Of a stretch of 64,000 bases of DNA, positions 1 through 7,055 are shown in pieces. A model generated the notes under the pieces. It was not told the origin of the DNA and did not search any database. It saw only the letters and a list, made by a program, of their open reading frames with translations. The position numbers and the translations under genes are program-made. Origin of the DNA: a virus; the IMG/VR virus record IMGVR_UViG_3300042330_000854, positions 32,001-96,000 of that record; one strand, 5' to 3'. Every line of letters begins with the position of its first letter. The stretch's first letter is position 1.

Positions 1-39
1 GAGGATGGATGACAATGGGTTCGATGCCCTCAGAGGTCG
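1..39 (+). tRNA. 3' part of a tRNA truncated by the window start (anticodon not visible)
   Basis: T-arm GGG-TTCGATG-CCC followed by an acceptor-like 3' strand. Confidence 0.6.
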
Positions 40-197
40 CGTTAATATAGTAAAATTATAAAGAATAGATTTAAATCTATTCTCACAATTCGGGGATAAA
101 AACAGCAGCCTCTTTTTGTAGTAACGATTTCCCTGAATTTTAATTTTGACAATTAAAGAAAATTATGATAAATTATACTTTATAGTATAATTCTTAT

Positions 198-268
198 GCT
201 CTGGTAGTTTAATGGTTTAAAACTTTTACTACTATCATATCTTTGGACCTGTAATTCAACAGTAGAAA
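198..268 (+). pseudogene. Two tRNA 5'-half fragments (GCTCTGGTAGTTTAATGGTTTAAAAC; GGACCTGTAATTCAACAGTAGAA)
   Basis: Acceptor 5' strand plus D-arm patterns with no matching anticodon or T arms downstream. Confidence 0.5.
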
Positions 269-330
269 TAATAAATATATAAATAAAATATTTCTTGTTA
301 ATTTAAAAGTAAAATTGACAAACATATATT

Positions 331-401
331 GCTTCCATGTTGTAATAGTAGCAAAAATTCCTCATAAGAATTTAGATTTGGGGCAGAACCAAATGGAAGT
401 A
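331..401 (+). tRNA. tRNA with CAT anticodon (Met or Ile2)
   Basis: Acceptor GCTTCCA/TGGAAGT, anticodon arm AATTC-CTCATAA-GAATT, T-stem TTTGG/CCAAA with loop GGCAGAA. Confidence 0.85.
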
Positions 402-426
402 CACGTTATACATAAACAAAAAAGAT

Positions 427-575
427 TTATACAAGTCTCTTTTTCATACCTCTTCTAAATCCATCTGGTATTGGATCAGTTTTTAAAATACGTATATTAA
501 TAATTTCATCAGTAATATACCAATATTTTGAATTAGTTTCAGATATTTTTTGTTTGGTTAATAATCCAAAATTAG
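427..575 (-). pseudogene. C-terminal remnant of a homing endonuclease
   Basis: Start-less frame LTKQKISETNSKYWYITDEIINIRILKTDPIPDGFRRGMKKRLV*, a typical HEG DNA-binding tail; in-frame stop upstream. Confidence 0.6.
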
Positions 576-604
576 ATTATTAAATTTAATTAGTAAAAAA
601 GTTC

Positions 605-633
605 TTGACAAAGAATATAAGTTGTAGTAATTT
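605..633 (+). promoter_or_regulatory. Sigma70-type promoter
   Basis: TTGACA-17-TAATTT; near-identical copy at 825-854. Confidence 0.7.
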
Positions 634-635
634 AA

Positions 636-811
636 TATATAAAAAATATACCTTATCCGGTAATAAGTTTTAAAGATAATTTTGATATTTTATAATCTTT
701 AAAAGTAGTTACATCAATGCGGTTTTAGTTAATAGTAAAAAAAACTAACAACTGCATTCGGCAAATACATTTGTATTTCGCGGTATTAAAAAATATCAAG
801 TTTTTTATATA
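636..811 (+). ncRNA. Structured ncRNA candidate with a 10-bp pseudoknot
   Basis: Terminal stem TATATAAAAAA/TTTTTTATATA, four internal hairpins, loop TTGATATTTT (682-691) complementary to AAAATATCAA (790-799); own promoter. Confidence 0.55.
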
Positions 812-856
812 CCTAAAATTCTTTTGACAAAAGAATATAAGTTGTAGTAAATTAAG

Positions 857-927
857 ATAAGAATTAAAACCTGAGGTCAGGCAACTTGGCAAAGTTGAAT
901 TAGGTTCGAGTCCTCTTTAATTCTTAT
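857..927 (+). ncRNA. tRNA-like RNA with a 12-bp terminal stem and a non-standard anticodon arm
   Basis: ATAAGAATTAAA/TTTAATTCTTAT, hairpins CCTGA/TCAGG and CAACTT-GGCA-AAGTTG, T-arm AGG-TTCGAGT-CCT. Confidence 0.6.
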
Positions 928-930
928 TAT

Positions 931-1001
931 GCGGGATTAGCATAAAATTAATGTGCTTGGCTTCCACCCAAGATAAATCGGAGAGTTACCGATATTCCGC
1001 T
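931..1001 (+). tRNA. tRNA-Gly(TCC)
   Basis: GCGGGAT/ATTCCGC, CTTGG-CTTCCAC-CCAAG, T-loop AGAGTTA, U73. Confidence 0.9.
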
Positions 1002-1062
1002 CTTTAAAATAATAGTTGGTTTGATGATTTATCCTAATTTAAAATCATCGTTTATTTGGTGT

Positions 1063-1158
1063 GACGATTAACCACTTTGCAAAAAAGTTCATCTGCTGAA
1101 GAATAAGATAATGATCTTGGTAGTGCTTGATTAGTAGCAATTATCAAAAATAATCGTC
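1063..1158 (+). ncRNA. Structured ncRNA, family B copy 1 (paralogue at 7857-7939)
   Basis: GACGATTA/TAATCGTC closing stem, GCAA-loop hairpin, GAATAA plus a stem enclosing a 27-nt segment 22/27 identical to the second copy. Confidence 0.65.
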
Positions 1159-1241
1159 CTCTGGTGGGGTGTATATTTATTAAAAATATTTATTTTTGTT
1201 GTCTTACATTGTGTTTTATGTAAAATTTGATAAATATATTT

Positions 1242-1292
1242 ATGAAATTATCCGATTGGGTAAGAAAAGAAACCAATGATCAATTTTTTTAA
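1242..1292 (+). pseudogene. Possible IS607-family TnpA N-terminal remnant
   Basis: MKLSDWVRKE resembles the MKLSxWAK start of IS607 serine transposases; stops after 16 codons. Confidence 0.35.
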
Positions 1293-1293
1293 T

Positions 1294-1620
1294 TGGGATT
1301 TGGTAGAGGATTATTCCATGACAACTCGCAAAGTTTAAGTGCGCCGTTAATCCCATTAAAGAAATTTCTTTAATAAAGACAAGTAATAAAAATATATATT
1401 ACTTGTAACGGTGTATAGCAATATCCCTGGTTGATTAGAACCAAAATCTAATCACCATTATGGTTAGTAAATAAACCACTCGTAAGAGTTTTTCGTAAGA
1501 AAAATAAGATTATGACGAATTTTCAACTCGTTAGTAACAATAATCCTAAAAAATATTTACTGGCGGATGGTAGAGTTTACTCTACGATCTAGGTTGCTTA
1601 GAACCTTAATCTAAGCACTT
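1294..1620 (+). ncRNA. Large multi-hairpin structured RNA candidate
   Basis: Long-range pairs AGGATTATT/AATAATCCT and GTGCGCCGTTA/TAACGGTGTAT, about 10 hairpins, two GTAA tetraloops, no ORF. Confidence 0.55.
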
Positions 1621-1714
1621 TTCTTACAGAAGATTATGAAAAATTGTAAAAAAACATATCCTCTGTAAAAAAATAGTTCTTGACAAAAAGAACTATAATT
1701 AATAATATATTTTT

Positions 1715-1800
1715 ATGCTTGGAGAGTAGAATACAGGGAAACTGGCCTTGGTGTTCCAAGGAACGCAAATCACAATTGGTTCAAATCCAATCACAAGCAT
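1715..1800 (+). ncRNA. tRNA-like ncRNA, family C copy 1 (paralogue at 15739-15823)
   Basis: Terminal stem ATGCTTG/CAAGCAT, conserved GGAGAGTAGAATAC, T-arm ATTGG-TTCAAAT-CCAAT, no 7-nt anticodon loop. Confidence 0.7.
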
Positions 1801-1807
1801 AATTTAT

Positions 1808-1890
1808 GGACACAGTGATATCAGTGGTCAATATCAACGTACTTTTAATACGTCGCGTAAGCTTTCTTGGTTCAATTCCAAGTGTGTCCT
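1808..1890 (+). tRNA. tRNA-Lys(TTT) with enlarged variable region
   Basis: GGACACA/TGTGTCC, ACGTA-CTTTTAA-TACGT, 12-nt variable region, T-arm CTTGG-TTCAATT-CCAAG. Confidence 0.88.
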
Positions 1891-1941
1891 CTACAAAAAA
1901 TACTTGACAATAAATAAATATAATAGTAAAGTAAGTTTTAT

Positions 1942-2015
1942 TGCGGAGTAGAGAAAAAGACATCTCGCAGGCTTCATGCGCCTGAAATAGTTGGAGCGTT
2001 ACCAACCTCTCGCAT
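1942..2015 (+). tRNA. tRNA-Met(CAT), bulged acceptor stem
   Basis: CAGGC-TTCATGC-GCCTG, D-stem GAGA/TCTC, T-loop AGCGTTA. Confidence 0.8.
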
Positions 2016-2021
2016 CTTTAA

Positions 2022-2111
2022 TGGCGCGTACTCTAATGGTAAGAGACAAGATTGTTAATCTTGCGTATTCCGATTTTCGGTATGTTGGTTCGATCCCAAC
2101 CGTGCTAGCCA
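2022..2111 (+). tRNA. tRNA-Asn(GTT) with long variable arm
   Basis: CAAGA-TTGTTAA-TCTTG, 20-nt variable arm, TTCGATC T-loop, G73 and encoded CCA. Confidence 0.9.
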
Positions 2112-2155
2112 ATATGTTAAAATAAAGTATATTCAATTACGATATATTTTAAATT

Positions 2156-2230
2156 ATCCTTGTGGTGTAGAAGTTAACATGTCAGTCTCCAAAACTGAAG
2201 TCCAGATTGCAAAATTCTGCAAGGATGCCA
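2156..2230 (+). tRNA. tRNA-Trp(CCA)
   Basis: ATCCTTG/CAAGGAT, TCAGT-CTCCAAA-ACTGA, T-loop TGCAAAA, encoded CCA. Confidence 0.9.
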
Positions 2231-2267
2231 TAAAAATTATTAATATAATTCAATATAGGAGATTAAT

Positions 2268-2384
2268 ATGACTGATAATACAAATGATTACAAAGATGAC
2301 ATTTCAGAAGAATATATTAATTTTTTAGAAAATAAATCATCCTATTTAGATGATGAAGAATGGGAATTAGTAGATTCAATGTAA
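2268..2384 (+). CDS. 38-aa very acidic peptide (not in ORF track)
   Basis: AGGAGA RBS, MTDNTNDYKDDISEEYINFLENKSSYLDDEEWELVDSM. Confidence 0.6.
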   Translation: MTDNTNDYKDDISEEYINFLENKSSYLDDEEWELVDSM

Positions 2385-2392
2385 TTTAGTTA

Positions 2393-2421
2393 TTGACATA
2401 ATTCAATAATTGAGTTATAAT
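2393..2421 (+). promoter_or_regulatory. Consensus sigma70 promoter driving the family A array
   Basis: TTGACA-17-TATAAT. Confidence 0.85.
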
Positions 2422-2428
2422 AATTTAA

Positions 2429-2782
2429 AGATTAGTTTCAGCAAAAATAATTATTTTTTTTTGATAAAAAACAAACACTAATCTGAAATATTTTAAAGTT
2501 TAAAGAATAGGTTCTGCAAAATTTCAAATTAGCAAAATCAGATTAATCCTCTGATACCGAGGTTTTATATTTCCTCATTAATATAAAATGTAAAAAACTA
2601 TTCTGTACTAATTTTCTTTTTAGTTGTTTAAAGAATGATTTCAGCAAAATTTAGCTTGGAAATGCAAAAAACATCATTCTGATTTATTTCCTTATATTAT
2701 ACTTTCTTATTTTATAGTTTAAAGGATGAGTTCCGCAAATTTTAAAATTTCAATTTTTGGTTTGAAAAACAAAATCATCCTG
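2429..2782 (+). ncRNA. Tandem array of four family A ncRNAs (2429-2485, 2504-2605, 2632-2681, 2723-2782)
   Basis: Each: TTTAA, 7-bp covarying stem, KTTCHGCAAA, variable hairpin(s), A-tract, stem complement, G. Confidence 0.8.
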
Positions 2783-2839
2783 ATTATCTCTTTATAGTTT
2801 AATAGTTTAAAATACTAGAGGGAACATTTTTAGTTTTAT

Positions 2840-2912
2840 TCCAGAATCTTCTAACTGATAAGAAACAAGAATTTGAGTCTTGGCAATGTAGGTTTAAATC
2901 CTACTTCTGGAT
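2840..2912 (+). tRNA. tRNA-Gln(TTG)
   Basis: TCCAGAA/TTCTGGA, CAAGA-ATTTGAG-TCTTG, T-arm GTAGG-TTTAAAT-CCTAC. Confidence 0.88.
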
Positions 2913-2964
2913 CACATAAAAAATAGTTGACATGTACCTAAATCCATAGTAAATTATTTTTATT

Positions 2965-3038
2965 GCCGTTTAAGCTAACTTTAGTAGAAGCGCTTGCATG
3001 AAGAGCAAGAGGACTTGGCGCGAAACCAAGAAGCGGCA
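2965..3038 (+). tRNA. tRNA-Phe(GAA)
   Basis: GCCGTTT/AAGCGGC, CTTGC-ATGAAGA-GCAAG, T-loop CGCGAAA. Confidence 0.88.
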
Positions 3039-3040
3039 CT

Positions 3041-3170
3041 TTAATCACAGCACAAATTAATATTTTGGGCAAATATTTATAAAATATTATATTAATTTGT
3101 TAAAACGCTCTTATTATCTAGGGCAATGTAGATGTAACAATGATGGTTAAAATCTTCTACCTGTGATTAA
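3041..3170 (+). ncRNA. Cloverleaf ncRNA, family D copy 1
   Basis: TTAATCACAG/CTGTGATTAA, three arms; last arm GTAGA-TGTAACAA..AAAATCT-TCTAC. Confidence 0.7.
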
Positions 3171-3210
3171 AACTCTTGACAAGAATGAAAATCAATGATA
3201 AATTATAATC

Positions 3211-3330
3211 ATTAATTACTACAAAATTCAATGTTTTCGATTTTAGCTTAAATATTGAATTGTTAATAGCGTGAAGCAAAACGCAATGCAGATGTAACAA
3301 AGCAAACAAAATCTTCTGCTAGTAATTGAT
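3211..3330 (+). ncRNA. Cloverleaf ncRNA, family D copy 2
   Basis: Same topology with compensatory changes (GCAGA/TCTGC, GCGT/ACGC); promoter TTGACA at 3176. Confidence 0.7.
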
Positions 3331-3392
3331 AATTCAAATCAGATAGTGATTTGAAAGTTTATGGTGATAGTTTTCACGCGATAAACAAATAT

Positions 3393-3423
3393 GCGGGCAT
3401 GGCGAAATAGCAGCCGCGACAAG
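3393..3423 (+). pseudogene. 5' fragment of a tRNA-Leu-like gene
   Basis: GCGGGCATGGCGAAATAGCAGCCGCGACAAG, then breaks off. Confidence 0.55.
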
Positions 3424-3450
3424 TAAAAAATATATTTAAAATTATATTTT

Positions 3451-3592
3451 GCTCACGTATCCCAATCGGAAGAGGAAAACGACTCAATCCTGAGAAAAAG
3501 ACAAGTATTATTTAATACTTTCGGTGCAATTCCGATAAGGAAAAAAACAGAAAATCGTTTAGTTGTCGGTTCGAATCCGACCGTGAGTACCA
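3451..3592 (+). tRNA. tRNA-Leu(CAA) with a 65-nt insertion in the anticodon loop
   Basis: GCTCACG/CGTGAGT-A-CCA, anticodon stem AACGA/TCGTT, CTCAA[3488-3552]AA, canonical T-arm. Confidence 0.85.
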
Positions 3593-3604
3593 TTAGAGGA
3601 AAAA

Positions 3605-4087
3605 ATGACAAATAATAATGAAAAAACAATAGTTTCATCAAAAGTTTATAAAGATAAAAAATCTAAAAGATTAATACAACATATAAGATATTCAGATGGA
3701 ACAAGAAAAACACGTTCTTATCCAAGAACAATTATGGAAGAATATTTAGGAAGACCATTATTAGACGACGAAACAGTAGATCATATTGATGGTAATGTAG
3801 AAAATAATGATATTAGTAATTTACAATTATTGTCACGAGAAGAAAATGCCCGTAAAGGCGCTTTGGGAAATAAACATACATTAGGTCGTAAACAATCTGA
3901 AGAACATAAACGAAATGGTGCTAAAAACGGCCAAGCAAAATTAACAAATGAACAAGTAATTTATTATAGAAAATCTTATGAAGATAAATCTCTTACTAAA
4001 AATCAAATAATAGAATTAACAAACATGAGTAGGCCCGCTATTGAAAATATTTTAAATTACAAATCATATGTAAATACTAAAAACTAA
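3605..4087 (+). CDS. HNH homing endonuclease
   Basis: IMEEYLGRPL..VDHIDGNVENNDISNLQLLSREEN; C-terminal AKLTxEQV DNA-binding tail. Confidence 0.9.
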   Translation: MTNNNEKTIVSSKVYKDKKSKRLIQHIRYSDGTRKTRSYPRTIMEEYLGRPLLDDETVDHIDGNVENNDISNLQLLSREENARKGALGNKHTLGRKQSEEHKRNGAKNGQAKLTNEQVIYYRKSYEDKSLTKNQIIELTNMSRPAIENILNYKSYVNTKN

Positions 4088-4223
4088 TTTAACCTAGGGC
4101 CAATGAAAGATTAATAATCTAAGGTTAAACATGCATTATGATAAATAATGTTGATCTGTGATCACGTAAGATGGTTTGGTGCGTAATGTAAATTACAAAG
4201 ATAATCTTTTCGGAGATTATTTT

Positions 4224-4295
4224 CGGGGTATAGCTCAGAAGTAGAGTGTTCGCTTTGGAAGCGAAAGGCCGAAATTGCAAAATTTTCTACCCCGA
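4224..4295 (+). tRNA. tRNA-Pro(TGG)
   Basis: CGGGGTA/TACCCCG, TTCGC-TTTGGAA-GCGAA, T-loop TGCAAAA. Confidence 0.9.
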
Positions 4296-4297
4296 CT

Positions 4298-4396
4298 TTA
4301 GCAGTATCATGATTTCATGATAAAGAAATTAACCAACTTTTAGCAACGTCCTTTGGTCCCATCTGGTAAGTGCTAATCTCTTTAAGAGTCTGCTAA
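4298..4396 (+). ncRNA. Structured RNA candidate
   Basis: TTAGCAG/CTGCTAA enclosing three stems (TATCATGA/TCATGATA, TTAGCA/TGCTAA, CTCTT/AAGAG). Confidence 0.45.
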
Positions 4397-4406
4397 TAAT
4401 TTTTTA

Positions 4407-4471
4407 TTCCTACGAGCAAACATAGTGACTGCAATCGGCTGTTAACCGATTATTACGTGGAACGTAGGAAG
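4407..4471 (+). pseudogene. tRNA-Asn(GTT) lacking a T-arm
   Basis: TTCCTAC/GTAGGAA-G and ATCGG-CTGTTAA-CCGAT intact; only 13 nt where variable loop and T-arm should be. Confidence 0.7.
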
Positions 4472-4513
4472 CTTTTATAAAGATTTAAAATGTATAATTA
4501 AAGGAATAATTTA

Positions 4514-4801
4514 ATGCAACTAGAAAAATGTTTACCGATTAAACAAAGAGATTGGAAAAATTGGCGGGCAAAAAATGAAAAACTTAATGCTGATATTGTT
4601 TTAAAAATTGGTATGAAAGTTCGTGATTGTTTTGGAACTGTTGGGATTATTCAACGTATTGAGGAAGGTTACGATATAGAAGAACATGGCACTATAGAAG
4701 TTTTTCGTTTAGATACAACTGACTATGGCCTTAATAATTGTGAACATTTTTGTTTTTATGATTGGCAAAAACATTTAAGAATTTTAGATATGAATGAATA
4801 A
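4514..4801 (+). CDS. Hypothetical protein
   Basis: ORF with AAGGA RBS. Confidence 0.7.
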   Translation: MQLEKCLPIKQRDWKNWRAKNEKLNADIVLKIGMKVRDCFGTVGIIQRIEEGYDIEEHGTIEVFRLDTTDYGLNNCEHFCFYDWQKHLRILDMNE

Positions 4802-4854
4802 TATTTGTTATTCTAACTTAAATACTCAATTAATAAAACTTCTAGGAAAATTAA

Positions 4855-5145
4855 ATGCTCGTATATTATCATAATACTAATCATGCTAGTTTATCTAGCC
4901 TAGTGCTATTAAGTATTCATAAAATAATACAAAAATATAGAGATAACCTTGATCATACGTATATTATTCTTAACAATAATACTTTTGAATTTATAACAAT
5001 AAATTGCCCAAGTGTATTTGGACTTACAAATTTATTAAAAGATCGAATATTTGTTCAAATAAAAATAAATTCTAATATAGAAGACAATGTTATAGAAATA
5101 CATTATGGAGAACATGTATTATTTGACACAATAACTATTCAATAA
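4855..5145 (+). CDS. Hypothetical protein
   Basis: ORF with AGGA RBS. Confidence 0.6.
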   Translation: MLVYYHNTNHASLSSLVLLSIHKIIQKYRDNLDHTYIILNNNTFEFITINCPSVFGLTNLLKDRIFVQIKINSNIEDNVIEIHYGEHVLFDTITIQ

Positions 5146-5178
5146 TTTTATAGTTGTCAATTTTATAAAGGTTTTATT

Positions 5179-5544
5179 ATGTATTATTATAAATTAAACG
5201 ATGAAATAAAAAGTTGTAAAAAATATTCTGAAATACCATTTGAACAATTAATTGTTGAAAATGAATCAACTCATTGGAAAGTAACTGCGGATGATGGTAC
5301 TTTTTATTATAATAAAAATAAAATTCATAGAAAAAATTTACCAGCAAGAATAGATGATTTATTTGTTTGTTATTATGAAAATAACCAACCACATAAAGAA
5401 GATGGTCCTGCATTAATTTTTAATAACGGTTATTATTCTTTTTGGTTATATGGAAAAAACTATCTTAATGTAAAAGATTGGTTGACCTATCATCCAAATC
5501 AAGATAAAGTATTTGAAGTTGAAATGTTATTGCGTTATAGTTAA
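5179..5544 (+). CDS. HRLTGPA-family protein (divergent, B-type tail)
   Basis: HRKNLPA, HKEDGPA, ends HPNQDKVFEVEMLLRYS. Confidence 0.8.
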   Translation: MYYYKLNDEIKSCKKYSEIPFEQLIVENESTHWKVTADDGTFYYNKNKIHRKNLPARIDDLFVCYYENNQPHKEDGPALIFNNGYYSFWLYGKNYLNVKDWLTYHPNQDKVFEVEMLLRYS

Positions 5545-5566
5545 AATTCATAGAAAGGAATTAAAA

Positions 5567-6070
5567 ATGTCATCAGATGAAATTAAAACAGTATTATTAA
5601 GTTATGCTCGTGCATTTAAAGATCATACTGAAAAGCAAATTAAACGAATTTCTAAGAAGAAAGTTGATCAAAATGTAATTCGTATTTTTAAATCAACTAT
5701 TACTGATGAAAAATGGCTAGTTATTTCATATGATGGCGACGATGAAGATTATTCTATGTTTCCTTTTGCTGAAACCGCAAACGAGTGGACAGCATATGTT
5801 CAACATTCACAAGACAATATTGATTCAGACGAAGAAGCTGTAGTAATTATGTTTGCACCTAATTGGTGGAAAGTAAAAGAAAGATATTTTTATGATCAAC
5901 ATTTAGAATTTGTTTTTGGTGATATTTTAAAAGCATTTATTCAAGATGAATATGAAGAAATACAAGAAAATACTTTTATATCCAATATTGGGAATTTAGA
6001 AGAAACTATTGCTGATTTAAAAAATCGCGGATTTAATGTTGAAATGTTTGATGAAAATACATTGCCTTAA
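5567..6070 (+). CDS. Acidic hypothetical protein
   Basis: ORF; start moved to the ATG after AAAGGA. Confidence 0.7.
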   Translation: MSSDEIKTVLLSYARAFKDHTEKQIKRISKKKVDQNVIRIFKSTITDEKWLVISYDGDDEDYSMFPFAETANEWTAYVQHSQDNIDSDEEAVVIMFAPNWWKVKERYFYDQHLEFVFGDILKAFIQDEYEEIQENTFISNIGNLEETIADLKNRGFNVEMFDENTLP

Positions 6071-6102
6071 AAATTTTCAAAATAAAAAAAGGATAATTAA
6101 TA

Positions 6103-6327
6103 ATGAATATTAAAGAAATGGTATCAGATAATAAAAAAGTTACATTTGAATATTTTCGTGATAATGAATTATGGTATAAAACAGAAAACGATTTCTTATT
6201 TCCTGTTCCAACTGATGATGTTGGTAATGCTGTTTTTATGAAAGAAGATAAAGCTTTATTGTTTATGCGATGGATTCGTAAACATATTCAAAAATTAGAA
6301 GATGCAAGAAAAAATCAAAATTTATGA
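6103..6327 (+). CDS. Small conserved-type phage protein
   Basis: LWYKTE..FLFPVP..D.GNA.F..EDKA..FMRWIRK pattern. Confidence 0.7.
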   Translation: MNIKEMVSDNKKVTFEYFRDNELWYKTENDFLFPVPTDDVGNAVFMKEDKALLFMRWIRKHIQKLEDARKNQNL

Positions 6328-7001
6328 TTAATTTATCATTAAATTCTTTTTCTAATATTGATATAGATCAATTATTAAAATTAATTAAAAATTATGCAGT
6401 TGATAATTTAGAGTTATCAACTGCACTTTCTTTAAAACATATTGATGGGTTTGAAAGATTTGCTTCTGTTGATTTTATTAATTTGTTTAATAAAAAATTA
6501 AAAGAAAATAATATAAAAACCTCAATACACGTATTTGGTGAATTAGCTAAACAATTAGGAAACGACAGAATAAATAATATTCCAAAAATCAATTGGGAGC
6601 TATTAGAACGAGTACAATTGAATAGATTTTCAGTTGATATTAATATTGCTTTAGAAAATCTTGAAAATTTAGGCTTTAATGGGCGGTTGATTTTACCAGC
6701 CAATAAAAAAGATTTGGTTATATCTGAATTGCCAATTGACGATAGAATTGATTGGTTATATGATTGTTCTCATGGTAAAGGAATTGAAATAAACTCATAT
6801 CCAATTGATCCTTTGATTAATCGACAAGGTAAAATTGGATTTGCTGGTGGAATTAATAAAAATAATATTTTAAAAATAAATAATAAAATTTTAACATTAG
6901 GTTTTAAAAATTATTATTTGGATATTGAAAGTGGCATACGTGAAAATGATCGAATATCATTTGAAAAAATAAAAAATATATTAGAAATAATAAACAAATA
7001 A
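6324..7001 (+). CDS. TrpF-like (phosphoribosylanthranilate isomerase-like) TIM-barrel protein
   Basis: VQLN, LYDCSHGKG, GFAGGI, LDIESGIR motifs. Confidence 0.7.
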   Translation: MINLSLNSFSNIDIDQLLKLIKNYAVDNLELSTALSLKHIDGFERFASVDFINLFNKKLKENNIKTSIHVFGELAKQLGNDRINNIPKINWELLERVQLNRFSVDINIALENLENLGFNGRLILPANKKDLVISELPIDDRIDWLYDCSHGKGIEINSYPIDPLINRQGKIGFAGGINKNNILKINNKILTLGFKNYYLDIESGIRENDRISFEKIKNILEIINK

Positions 7002-7055
7002 TTGTTGACATAAATTTTTATTATGTTATCCTTTTTTAAACAAAGGAGAAAAAAT

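Noticed and set aside
86-139. AATTCGGGGA/TCCCTGAATT stem with ACAGCA as a sixth family A copy
   Set aside because: Lacks the TTTAAAG start, TTC context, inner hairpin and A-tract.
1748-2005. ORFs 1748-1951 (+) and 1781-2005 (-)
   Set aside because: They overlap an ncRNA and tRNA genes; no RBS or protein-like features.
2429-2782. Family A array as a CRISPR array or preQ1 riboswitches
   Set aside because: Repeats are not identical, pair across the variable part and have irregular spacing; loops are too long for preQ1-I and no ORF follows.
3488-3552. Group I intron in tRNA-Leu
   Set aside because: 65 nt cannot hold the P3-P9 core.
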